Of a DNA stretch of 64,000 bases, positions 1 through 11,900 are shown one piece after another. Each line of letters opens with the position of its first letter. The first letter of the stretch is position 1. The notes beneath the pieces were generated by a model, which ran no database searches, had not been told where the DNA came from, and saw only the letters and a list, made by a program, of their open reading frames with translations. The translations under genes and the position numbers were made by a program. This stretch comes from Macrostomum hystrix (lineage: Eukaryota > Animalia > Platyhelminthes), in NCBI GenBank assembly GCA_950097015.1, contig CATNEN010000003.1:4712001-4776000 (forward strand), written 5' to 3'.

Positions 1-961
1 GGTATGCCAATGACAGGCTATACAAGGTAAACTGTTTGTAAATATGCCTAATCCAAATGTTTTTTTAGAAGTAAGGCCCTAATTTATTACCAATGACAAA
101 ACATTTAGTAAGTTGTTATTAAAATAAATAAAAAGGATGACATTAATGTCAGTTAATGAATGTGTAGGTCGAAATGTAGAACACTGTTGTAACACACCAG
201 CAACTTTGTCAATCTATTGGCTTGAGGGTTCAACAAAACATTTAAACCCATAAGGGCCTCATTTCAAAGAACAGAACAGTGTGGATAAAATTGAAATTAA
301 TGGCATGGCACATATAAAGAGTTGTAGACCTATTCATACAAGCTGCTGTGTGGATAAGCAGAAAATTATCGTCACAGTCACAGATCCGTGTGGATAAAAT
401 TGAAATTATTTGCATGGGACTGTGGGAATAAGCTCTGCCATCTATTATTGAATATATATTTATATTTAATATATATTCAATAACTGTGGTAGTAAATTAC
501 AAGTACCTAAGTGGTAAAACACTTTAAACACCCACACCTTATAAAATTACTCCTAATTATATATTATTGGCTATTACCAGTCTTTTAAAGGCTCTAGTGG
601 ATTGGAAGGTACCAATCAAACACATTGTATGTTACTCTCTATCTTGTTAATCTTACTCTTAGGACCTTAGTCCTAAAAACCGATAGGATTGTAAATGTTT
701 TTTATACTAAGTAGCTTTTATTCATATTTCTATTTGCTATATCTTCTTTTGATTATCTAAGTATAGTGTATCACAATAATCATCAGAGGGCCAAATGTTC
801 TACCTAACTAATGGAACTTTAAGATCACATCAATGGGTCAAGTGTCAAAAATGCGACATTGAAATAATAGAACAACCAAGGTATATTTACATACAAATTT
901 TGAAATGTTCCATTGTAAGTTATGTTTTAAAACACAATTTTACCATTCAAAATTTGTTTAG

Positions 962-1495
962 GATGAGAATGGTGCCTTTCTCATTGACCGCGATCCAGCC
1001 TATTTTGGTATTGTGCTCAACTATCTGCGCCACGGCAAGCTAATTGTGGAAGCCAATCTCAGCTTAGACGGTGTACTAGAAGAGGCTGAGTTCTACAACA
1101 TCACCAGCCTGATTAACTTGGCTAGGAAGCGCAGAGAAGAGCAGAATCGTCTAGGCGGCTCGGGTTGTCCATTGTGCGGCAGATCAATTAGGCCAGTTTA
1201 TCGAGTGTTCCAATGCTCAGAGGAGGAGCTAGCGCCAATGGTTAGTACCATTAGCGACGGCTGGAAATTTGAGCAGTTAATTAGCACTGGCAGCAGCTAC
1301 AACTATGGCAGCTCCGATGATAATCGCGGCGAATTCCTTTGCGTTGTCAGCCGGGACTGCTCGCTGCCGCATTCGTCTAGCTTCGACGACAGCGCCCTAG
1401 GATCTGGTAGCGGCGGCGGCGTCGGCAGCAGCGGTGCCAACGGAGAGAGCAGTGATCGCGCGCCTATTCTACTGCAGAGAGGATCTCGCACCTGA
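962..1495 (+). CDS. KCTD5: KCTD2/5/17-family BTB/POZ protein, terminal coding exon (5' exons outside window)
   Basis: Acceptor tttag at 960-961, then in-frame [27 protein letters not shown]...[11 protein letters not shown] (T1-type BTB) and [30 protein letters not shown]...EFLCVVS (KCTD5-family C-terminal domain). Confidence 0.9.
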   Translation, partial: DENGAFLIDRDPAYFGIVLNYLRHGKLIVEANLSLDGVLEEAEFYNITSLINLARKRREEQNRLGGSGCPLCGRSIRPVYRVFQCSEEELAPMVSTISDGWKFEQLISTGSSYNYGSSDDNRGEFLCVVSRDCSLPHSSSFDDSALGSGSGGGVGSSGANGESSDRAPILLQRGSRT

Positions 1496-1742
1496 GTAGA
1501 TTCTTAAAGAGACTTGCAACTTTTATATGGATACTTAAAATGCCCCGAAATACTATTTTGTTTTTGTTAAGATTTCTATCATATTTCATTGACGGCAGAC
1601 GCTATCTATATTTTATTATTTCTAATGGGACCAAAGCATGTTATTATCCTTGGAATGTTAAAATCTGGTTTTCAGAGCGACTTTTTCAGCCTCTAAAATC
1701 CTCACTTTTTTACGAGAGTATATCATCCTCCTAAATCGCGCA

Positions 1743-2380
1743 TCATTGAGGATATCAGCCTCTTAAATCCCAATCCATTGAGGATATCAGCCTCCTCAAT
1801 CCCAATTCATTGAGGATATCAGCCTCCTCAATCCCAATTCATTGAGGATATCAGCCTCCTCAATCCCAATTTATTGAGGATATCAGCCTCCTAAATCCCA
1901 ATTCATTGAGGATATCAGCCTCCTAAATCCCAATTCATTGAGGATATCAGCCTCCTAAATCCCAATTCATTGAGGATATCAGCCTCCTCAATCCCAATTC
2001 ATTGAGGATATCAGCCTCCTCAATCCCAATTTATTGAGGATATCAGCCTCCTAAATCCCAATTCATTGAGGATATCAGCCTCCTCAATCCCAATTTATTG
2101 AGGATATCAGCCTCCTAAATCCTAATTCATTGAGGATATCAGCCTCCTCAATCCCAATTTATTGAGGATATCAGCCTCCTAAATCCCAATTCATTGAGGA
2201 TATCAGCCTCCTCAATCCCAATTTATTGAGGATATCAGCCTCCTAAATCCCAATTTATTGAGGATATCAGCCTCCTAAATCCCAATTCATTGAGGATATC
2301 AGCCTCCTAAATCCCAATTCATTGAGGATATCAGCCTCCTAAATCCCAATTCATTGAGGATATCAGCCTCTTAAATCCCC
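1743..2380. repeat. 32-bp minisatellite (attgaggatatcagcctcctmaatcccaattc), ~20 copies
   Basis: Direct tandem repeat downstream of the KCTD stop codon. Confidence 0.95.
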
Positions 2381-3795
2381 ACCTCTTTGTGGATTTCAGA
2401 CTCTTGAATGTTTATCGCTCATTTTGGTAAGATTAAAATATTGTTTGGTTTAATAAAATTTATAAAGACTTGCTACTTATAATGCATGAATTTTCTATAG
2501 GTTTTTATTATGGATAATTGATTTCTTGTTTCTAAGCATAGTTTTACTAGTACATCCAGTTTTGCTGCTTCATGTTTTTACTTAATCGCAAAAATGTTTC
2601 TTTTTTTTCTTCAGCACATTATCTGCAGCTTATTCAGATTAACTCGTGTGCTTTAAATTCTTATTAAATAAACTGAGATGTCAAAATACTTTTTACCTAA
2701 AATGTGTCTAAATAGACTTAAACTTTTCTAACTATCATATGATACAATAGACCAGAAACAACACTAATAATCTACTTCGTATTTCTATTGCTTTTGCTTG
2801 TTGCTAATCGCGAGTCAGTTTTTTGTTGCTGAAGTAATAAAAATTGAAGCCTTTCTTAAAACGCAAGGCTGTAAAGCGAAAACATTTTTTTCTCGTGGAT
2901 TAATTTGCAGACTTTATTGCTTTAGTACTCTTATCATGCCTATCTTCCTGGCTTAAACTTGTTTATCTACTATCTAGCCATGCATGCTTAACCTGACTTT
3001 GAAGTTTTAATCTTCACTATTTTAAACACAAATATATAAATTAACTATTTGTACTATAAGTTACCTGCTTAGCTTATATATTCTTACTAATTGTTTTCTA
3101 ATTCCTATACTACTTAAGCAAGTCAGGACATTGCTTTTTTCTTCGAAATTTCATTAATTATTATTTAGATATTTTACGTACCATATTATTAACATACTAC
3201 TTATAGGCAGTAGTTCAAGTACAATTTTAAGAGTAGTATAGTCGAATGGTGTCTCGATAACATTTAAATATGCATTGTTTACTGGAAAGGTTGTGCTCTA
3301 CGGAGGTTTTTCGAAACTAACGTACAGCGTATCCTCTTCTGAGACTGCGTGTACGAGCGTTTAGGGCGTAATTTTCGCGACAAGACCCCGAGCCTCTTCT
3401 CAGCAGCAATTCGCCCCCAAATTAATGTCGCTTCGCTGCGAATTCGAGCTCAGGGACCTTGGTGCGTGAGACGGGTATGATTAATATATATTCACCCTAG
3501 ATGTAGAACGTATGAATAATTTATTGAGTAAAGTACACGAGTTAATTACACAGCTAGTGCAAAGGCCATAGACACTGCAGCTGAGTGACTGTCCCACCCG
3601 CAGCTGTGCCCAAGGAGAGCGGGGGGAAGGCAGCTCAGAATTCAACTAAATGAGTGGGAGTGAAGGAATTTTAGTTAATCAATCCGGTGGGCCCGATCAA
3701 GCTTGCATTCACAGCCAACGCATAGTCTGCTTCTTGGTAGTCTCAAAGTTGCATTCTGTATAGAAACTATATTGAATTAATCTGACACAACCAGT

Positions 3796-5208
3796 ATGGC
3801 CACCGATGTTGCCACGTCAGCGCTTTCCTCTCCGGTTCGATCGCAGCAGACTTCGCCGAAGCCTCAGCCAGTCCTAGAGACGGTCATCGAGAATCGCATA
3901 TTTGTCGGCGGCATACCTACTCACGCTAATGTGAACGAGCTGCGCGCATTTTTGGCTGAAATATTCAGCAAGGCGGTAATCAAAGATATCAAGATCATCT
4001 CCGATAAGACTGGCGTCTCCAAGGGCTACGGCTTCGTCACCTTCGAGACTCGAGACATGGCTCAGGAGATACTAAACTCTTCCGATTATGACAACCTCAT
4101 ATTCAAGGACCGCAAGCTGAACATTTCTAAGGCTGTCAAGAAATTGTCTACAAAGTTAGACAACAGCGGTGGCGGCGGGGTCAGCTGTGGCATCATCGGC
4201 GGCAGCGCAGTCTCAGTCGGTCTAGGTGCGCCAGCCGCATTTTTAACTGACACATCTTCCGCCGCCAATACGGCTGGCCCTGTGCAGTACCTGCTCTACA
4301 GGCGGCCTGACTCGGGCCTCGGCCAGATCCTCACGGCGCTGCCCTTTGGTTATTGCACACCGATCTATTTGAGTGGCTCGCCGCAAAATTTGCCCCTGTT
4401 CTCAGCGGCGCCCGGTGTCAACATCGGTGCCACCCAGTTAATTGCCGCCGCCGCTGCCGCCGCCGCCGCCCCGTCGTCCATCGCCAGTTCGTCGTCGACT
4501 GTCTGCTCGACGTCGTCTTCGATACAATGGCCACCAGCTGCAACCGCCGCTGCTGCTCTCGACACAACATGCACCTCGGCCTCGGCTGCCCAGATGATTG
4601 GAGCTGCTTCAGCCCTAGCGTGCTTGACAAGCACAGCAACATCTGGCGGAGCCACGGCTGCCGCTGGCATCAGTCAGAATGGGGAGCTAATCTATTACAG
4701 CCTCCCGGCGCTGGCTGCTGCCACTGCGGCTGTCACAAACAACTCGGCAGTTGCCACGTCGACTAATTCCCACGCCGGCGGAGGACACAGCGACTTTGGG
4801 ACCGGCTCGGAGCCGAGCAACAGCCTACTGACTGACACTGCCAATGATTCGTCTGTTTCGTCTGACAACGGCATTAGCGGTTTCGGACTCTACGGCATCA
4901 TCGGATCGCCTGTGCCGACCGCTTTCAAGACGGCCTTCGACTGCTGCAGCGGCGCCGGCTGTAACCCGCAGACTTCCAGCCTACTGTCCCACAGACACTG
5001 CTGCAGCAATGGAACAGCGACTTTTAACTTGACGCCTGGTCAACCGCAGAAGCCACCGAAGCCGCAGCCTCATCAGCAGCCGCTGCTGCAGCAGCAACAG
5101 CAGCAACTAGACAACTGCGATCTTCTGTTTGGCGGCTCCAATCTGTTCAGCGAGCTAAGGCAGGACTTCAAGTTTTTTGATCAGCGTCTGAGGTACTGCT
5201 GCGATTGA
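3796..5208 (+). CDS. boule: Boule/DAZ-family RRM RNA-binding protein, intronless
   Basis: NRIFVGGI (RNP2), IKIISDKTGVSKGYGFVTFET (RNP1) and FKDRKLNI..A.KK match the BOULE RRM. Ala/Ser-rich tail with QNGELIYY, resembling the DAZ-repeat motif. Confidence 0.85.
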   Translation: MATDVATSALSSPVRSQQTSPKPQPVLETVIENRIFVGGIPTHANVNELRAFLAEIFSKAVIKDIKIISDKTGVSKGYGFVTFETRDMAQEILNSSDYDNLIFKDRKLNISKAVKKLSTKLDNSGGGGVSCGIIGGSAVSVGLGAPAAFLTDTSSAANTAGPVQYLLYRRPDSGLGQILTALPFGYCTPIYLSGSPQNLPLFSAAPGVNIGATQLIAAAAAAAAAPSSIASSSSTVCSTSSSIQWPPAATAAAALDTTCTSASAAQMIGAASALACLTSTATSGGATAAAGISQNGELIYYSLPALAAATAAVTNNSAVATSTNSHAGGGHSDFGTGSEPSNSLLTDTANDSSVSSDNGISGFGLYGIIGSPVPTAFKTAFDCCSGAGCNPQTSSLLSHRHCCSNGTATFNLTPGQPQKPPKPQPHQQPLLQQQQQQLDNCDLLFGGSNLFSELRQDFKFFDQRLRYCCD

Positions 5209-6337
5209 CGCAATTCGGGGATGTGGCGACAGAATTGCGGCGCCCAATATTCGCTGTTTGTTCGCCACTTATATTTCGTGTGAGGTGAAAATGACGAAAC
5301 CTGAAAAAGCTACTTAAGTAGAGAGTAACCAGTTTTTTTGCCCAACTTGGCATTCGGTTTCTAGGTTAAACAGTTATTTTAATTTTTCCTTTTCCAACTT
5401 TGCCGTTTCTTTCATTCTGAAATTTCTTACTTAGTGAGAGAAGCTTTTAAGGGAGGCTGCGATTTTTAGTTTGAAAACATTGGAACATACTCAAATGTGC
5501 GCTTTCACAGTTGCTCTTTATGTACTGAAGTACCTGTACATGTACATGTCCTACTCAGTAGCTTTACTTAGCTTTCCTATAAGTTCCGCAAACCGTATAT
5601 TATTGCCTTCTGTTCGCCGGTTTTGTACAATTTTGTGAATTTCGTTACTTTTTGTGAATTTAAATTTATTCACGTTGAACGCTAATCAGCCATTTGCGTT
5701 TCATTCTGCCGCTTTGCCAGAAAGAATTCTTTGCACATCTAAACTAACAAGATCCCAGATCAAAACTTATGATTAGCCAGTTGCTGTTTTATATCCTGTA
5801 CTGTCCTGTATAAGCGTACCTACCTGAAAACAATGTTGCCGAAATGCCCTTGAAATCATCTAAATTTTTGCTTGTCCTTCAAACTCTTATTGGCCCGATT
5901 GGCTGATTGGGCTGATGCAATTTTCTTTAGGAATTCAAATTTCCTTGTTTCGATGTGAAGTTTTCATATTCTGTGTTGCAAACTTTGGCCCTTAACGCGT
6001 CTTAAAATTCCTATTTTCGTTGTTTTCACAGTGCCCTACTATATTCGGCTCGCAAACATTGAGTCGACTCTTTTGATATTCGCCGCAGTCCTAAATCTTC
6101 TTTGCCAGATGCTGCTACCAACCTGGAAGCGAAATATTTTTTTCTAACTTCTAAAATTCACTTGTTTCAGTCCAGCTAATACAGACACGCTCAGCAAAGT
6201 ATAACTAAACTTACCCCAAGAGCTTAAGTATCCCAAAAGACTAGAAAATATTCTTGACTTCTTCAGTTTTTTTCCCTTTTTAAATAGCAGATGATAAATT
6301 TTTCTGTCAGCTCAGATTGCTAACCGATGCTTTAAAA

Positions 6338-7567
6338 TTAACAAAGACTCGACTTCAGTGCCGTCCTGAAACTAGTAAGGCACACGTAATAGACAATAGT
6401 TCGTCCGCACGAAAGCAAATGAGGAGAACAAAGCGCCAGTACAGAGTACAATAGCAGTAGCCTAGACTGCTGAGTCCAACTAGAATCGCATCTTAGTGCG
6501 GCATAATCTAAAAACAGTCTGTAGCTCCAGGAAGACAGTGCGAATTGTCCAGCTAGACACGAAGCAAAGCCGATAAGAAGAAGCGCGTGAAACACTGCGA
6601 ACAGACCAGCGGCAAGTTGGCGACGGGCGGCACGATTGCGCGTAGCCGACGGTACGGTGGGATTCGAAGAATGTCTGATCGCCGGAGCAGTTGGATTAGG
6701 GCACAGCGAATTAACCGATGTACTTGTAGAAGCTGCTGGAATGGAAGCAAGTGTACTAACGGACACACCGGGTACAAGAGCAGATGCAGCGGTTACCGCA
6801 ACAACTGTAGCGTTTATTGCGCCATTGTGTGACGAAGCGGATGACATTGGCACGCCGCGGTGAAGTGAAACAGTCGCCGTTAATTTGCGCCGCCGCAGGC
6901 TAGAGGCGGAATAGCCGGCCAAGCTGAGTGCAAGGCCAGCGCAGAGTAGCACGATTGATGTGACAGCATGTACAAGAAGCAGCGGCGGTGAAGTATATTT
7001 TGGCGATGACGTCAACAGCAAGTCCTCAGCCATGCTAATGGAAGTGGAAGCCATATTGATAGGAGCAGCGAATGCGATGGCTGCGTTCTTTGCAAATAGA
7101 ATAGTGGCTCCGATTAACAATGCCCCGGCGGGCAGTCGAGAATTGTCCAGAGCTCTTCGGTCTTCTAGAAGCCGAGCTGCTGCCAGGCGTTGCAGGGCCG
7201 CAACAGCAGCAGCTAGCAAAGTGAACTCGGTGCCAGTTGCGTATACTGTTATGTGAATGCGCCTCAGTGCTGTTGGAGCAGGATAAGATGCAGTGAGCAG
7301 CAGAATACGAACAAGGTCGAGCTGCATGCAGGCGTAGACGCAAGCGTCGGCAAGACATGCGGCGCAGTAAGGCAGCTTTGCGGCTGGTCGCATGACTTGG
7401 TCTCGCGTCAATGCGAGCAGATTAACAGTCAGCAATAGGAGGCCAATCAGACCTACTCCTGAGTACACAGCGGCCAAGCTTGCTGCCACCCAGGTTGGTT
7501 GACTATTATCGACTCGTTCGCCGCAGGCAGCATTGGTGTCGTTCTGTGACTCGGCATTCTTAAGCAT
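6338..7567 (-). CDS. Divergent rhodopsin-like 7TM receptor (orphan GPCR-like), intronless
   Basis: 409-aa ORF with about 7 hydrophobic segments, N-terminal sequon NDT, TM2 CLAD, ALQRL at the DRY position, long third loop, and RTIVY...SFRTAL at the NPxxY/helix-8 position. Confidence 0.6.
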   Translation of the reverse strand: MLKNAESQNDTNAACGERVDNSQPTWVAASLAAVYSGVGLIGLLLLTVNLLALTRDQVMRPAAKLPYCAACLADACVYACMQLDLVRILLLTASYPAPTALRRIHITVYATGTEFTLLAAAVAALQRLAAARLLEDRRALDNSRLPAGALLIGATILFAKNAAIAFAAPINMASTSISMAEDLLLTSSPKYTSPPLLLVHAVTSIVLLCAGLALSLAGYSASSLRRRKLTATVSLHRGVPMSSASSHNGAINATVVAVTAASALVPGVSVSTLASIPAASTSTSVNSLCPNPTAPAIRHSSNPTVPSATRNRAARRQLAAGLFAVFHALLLIGFASCLAGQFALSSWSYRLFLDYAALRCDSSWTQQSRLLLLYSVLALCSPHLLSCGRTIVYYVCLTSFRTALKSSLC

Positions 7568-8979
7568 AGCGGGTAACTCGTAGTCTTTATAGTGAGATAA
7601 GTGAATGATCCGGTTGGAACTATTTCAATTGAGCCGGGGTATTAATACTCTCACCCTATATATACTGAGGGAGGATGAGTAAGGGGAAGAAGTAGATGGG
7701 TGGTAGTTGCGGTCTCGCCCGAGGACTGGTCGATAGAAAATTCTGCATATGGACGCCTAAACGTAGAACCTCATGCGAATTCTTGGATTTTGATATAGGA
7801 TCAAGGGAGACAAAAATCAAATAGAAAATGGGGACGAGCGCATTGTGTGGGACAGGGTGCGCGTGCCTTGGAGGCTATAGGCGAACTAGGTCGAATACAA
7901 GCCACATGGAGAAGGGTGTGGCAGGTCGCATCACCTGTTCCTATAGACGACAGTAGAATGAAGGCAAAGAAGGATCTAGATAGAGATGGCGAGATGTGAT
8001 GGAGGGGTAAGAGGTAGACGCCTTTCTGTTCAGGCCAGATTCTCGATGGAGAATGAAGAAATGAGGACACGCGGGTATTATAGAAATTCAGGTATTGAGT
8101 AGGGTGGAGCTGAGAATGATTCAGATTCGGGGAAACTCAATACCGAGCAGCAATATGCTGCAAGAATATGGGAGTTGTGATACAGTTTTTAGGCGTGGTT
8201 GGGGAAGACTTATACATAATAGTTTAGTTGGTATCGAGCTTGGTACATTAACCCTGCTATATGCTTAGCACGTATTGTGTATTTTTGATACCGTAGCGTC
8301 CAGTTCTGACGAAAAAAATCGACAAAATACACAAACAGAACATCATGTCATAGACAATAGGCGATTGGTTGATCGAGTGTGTTTTAAAAATCATTATAAT
8401 TGTGTATTCTTAGGGACCCTGCCCATGCAAACATGACACCAGAAAAGCAAAACAACGGATACTTCAATAGTAATATTGGTTCAAAAAAGGCTAGCAGAGA
8501 GGATCATTGTGGTGACAGGTCGAGGACTTTAGTCCTCGTAAAAAAAGAAAAAGAAATCGATATTACTTAGACGAACCATCATTAATAAAACAAGTTAGAG
8601 TTATATATATATACTAGTATATACGTGCTAAATAGAAGAAAGTTCTAGCCAGGAAAGCCAACGCTCTGACGGCCGTGAAAGAACATAATTGCGAAACTAA
8701 TTAAACGGCCGCCCCGCATTCCTTCGCTTTCACTTAATTAGGAGCAAATCGAGAAAAAATGTCCCGAAAATTAATTGGCCTAGAATTCGAACACACGTTA
8801 GACACTTCTAGCCAAATGGAAAAGTTAATTAACCAAAATGTGGAATAGGAATGGACAAGGTAGAGAGACATGTACAGTATTAAGTTTCTCTTCCTATCTA
8901 CTGAGCTACATCTGCATTAGAGCACTTCAGCATGCACCAACGTATCAAAACCTATAGCTGTGATGCTCGGAAAAAATAT

Positions 8980-11900
8980 TTGAAATGAAAAACTGGTGAC
9001 GAGCAGCAAACGTTGCAACTGTAAAGCATGATAGAGCATTGGAGACTGGTTGAAATGGAAAACTGGTGACGAGCAGCAAACGTTGCAACTGTAAAGCATG
9101 ATAGAGCATTGGAGACTGGTTGAAATGGAAAATTGGTGACGAGCAGCAAACGTTGCAACTGTAAAGCATGATAGAGCATTGGAGACTGGTTGAAATGGAA
9201 AACTGGTGACGAGCAGCAAACGTTGCAACTGTAAAGCATGATAGAGCATTGGAGACTGGTTGAAATGGAAAACTGGTGACGAGCAGCAAACGTTGCAACT
9301 GTAAAGCATGATAGAGCATTGGAGACTGGTTGAAATGGAAAATTGGTGACGAGCAGCAAACGTTGCAACTGTAAAGCATGATAGAGCATTGGAGACTGGT
9401 TGAAATGGAAAATTGGTGACGAGCAGCAAACGTTGCAACTGTAAAGCATGATAGAGCATTGGAGACTGGTTGAAATGGAAAATTGGTGACGAGCAGCAAA
9501 CGTTGCAACTGTAAAGCATGATAGAGCATTGGAGACTGGTTGAAATGGAAAACTGGTGACGAGCAGCAAACGTTGCAACTGTAAAGCATGATAGAGCATT
9601 GGACTGGTTGAAATGGAAAATTGGTGACGAGCAGCAAACGTTGCAACTGTAAAGCATGATAGAGCATTGGAGACTGGTTGAAATGGAAAATTGGTGACGA
9701 GCAGCAAACGTTGCAACTGTAAAGCATGATAGAGCATTGGAGACTGGTTGAAATGGAAAATTGGTGACGAGCAGCAAACGTTGCAACTGTAAAGCATGAT
9801 AGAGCATTGGACTGGTTGAAATGGAAAATTGGTGACGAGCAGCAAACGTTGCAACTGTAAAGCATGATAGAGCATTGGAGACTGGTTGAAATGGAAAACT
9901 GGTGACGAGCAGCAAACGTTGCAACTGTAAAGCATGATAGAGCATTGGAGACTGGTTGAAATGAAAAATTGGTGACGAGCAGCAAACGTTGCAACTGTAA
10001 AGCATGATAGAGCACTGGACTGGTTGAAATGGAAAATTGGTGACGAGCAGCAAACGTTGCAACTGTAAAGCATGATAGAGCATTGGAGACTGGTTGAAAT
10101 GGAAAATTGGTGACGAGCAGCAAACGTTGCAACTGTAAAGCATGATAGAGCATTGGACTGGTTGAAATGGAAAACTGGTGACGAGCAGCAAACGTTGCAA
10201 CTGTAAAGCATGATAGAGCATTGGAGACTGGTTGAAATGAAAAATTGGTGACGAGCAGCAAACGTTGCAACTGTAAAGCATGATAGAGCATTGGAGACTG
10301 GTTGAAATGGAAAGCAGGTGACGAGCAGCAAACGTTGCAACTGTAAAGCATGATAGAGCATTGGAGACTGGTTGAAATGGAAAACTGGTGACGAGCAGCA
10401 AACGTTGCAACTGTAAAGCATGATAGAGCATTGGAGACTGGTTGAAATGGAAAATTGGTGACGAGCAGCAAACGTTGCAACTGTAAAGCATGATAGAGCA
10501 TTGGAGACTGGTTGAAATGGAAAATTGGTGACGAGCAGCAAACGTTGCAACTGTAAAGCATGATAGAGCATTGGAGACTGGTTGAAATGGAAAACTGGTG
10601 ACGAGCAGCAAACGTTGCAACTGTAAAGCATGATAGAGCATTGGAGACTGGTTGAAATGGAAAATTGGTGACGAGCAGCAAACGTTGCAACTGTAAAGCA
10701 TGATAGAGCATTGGACTGGTTGAAATGGAAAACTGGTGACGAGCAGCAAACGTTGCAACTGTAAAGCATGATAGAGCATTGGACTGGTTGAAATGGAAAA
10801 CTGGTGACGAGCAGCAAACGTTGCAACTGTAAAGCATGATAGAGCATTGGAGACTGGTTGAAATGGAAAATTGGTGACGAGCAGCAAACGTTGCAACTGT
10901 AAAGCATGATAGAGCATTGGACTGGTTGAAATGGAAAATTGGTGACGAGCAGCAAACGTTGCAACTGTAAAGCATGATAGAGCATTGGACTGGTTGAAAT
11001 GGAAAACTGGTGACGAGCAGCAAACGTTGCAACTGTAAAGCATGATAGAGCATTGGACTGGTTGAAATGGAAAATTGGTGACGAGCAGCAAACGTTGCAA
11101 CTGTAAAGCATGATAGAGCACTGGAGACTGGTTGAAATGGAAAATTGGTGACGAGCAGCAAACGTTGCAACTGTAAAGCATGATAGAGCATTGGACTGGT
11201 TGAAATGGAAAATTGGTGACGAGCAGCAAACGTTGCAACTGTAAAGCATGATAGAGCATTGGACTGGTTGAAATGGAAAATTGGTGACGAGCAGCAAACG
11301 TTGCAACTGTAAAGCATGATAGAGCATTGGACTGGTTGAAATGGAAAACTGGTGACGAGCAGCAAACGTTGCAACTGTAAAGCATGATAGAGCATTGGAG
11401 ACTGGTTGAAATGAAAAATTGGTGACGAGCAGCAAACGTTGCAACTGTAAAGCATGATAGAGCATTGGAGACTGGTTGAAATGGAAAGCTGGTGACGAGC
11501 AGCAAACGTTGCAACTGTAAAGCATGATAGAGCATTGGAGACTGGTTGAAATGGAAAACTGGTGACGAGCAGCAAACGTTGCAACTGTAAAGCATGATAG
11601 AGCATTGGAGACTGGTTGAAATGGAAAATTGGTGACGAGCAGCAAACGTTGCAACTGTAAAGCATGATAGAGCATTGGAGACTGGTTGAAATGGAAAATT
11701 GGTGACGAGCAGCAAACGTTGCAACTGTAAAGCATGATAGAGCATTGGAGACTGGTTGAAATGGAAAACTGGTGACGAGCAGCAAACGTTGCAACTGTAA
11801 AGCATGATAGAGCATTGGAGACTGGTTGAAATGGAAAATTGGTGACGAGCAGCAAACGTTGCAACTGTAAAGCATGATAGAGCATTGGACTGGTTGAAAT

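Noticed and set aside
279-410. Three TGTGGATAA (DnaA-box) matches
   Set aside because: They are part of a small local duplication (gtgtggataaaattgaaatta) in a eukaryotic intron, with no bacterial context.
7660-8220. Purine-rich stretch with ORF 7801-8070, possibly an old transposon
   Set aside because: No recognisable motif, termini or second copy.
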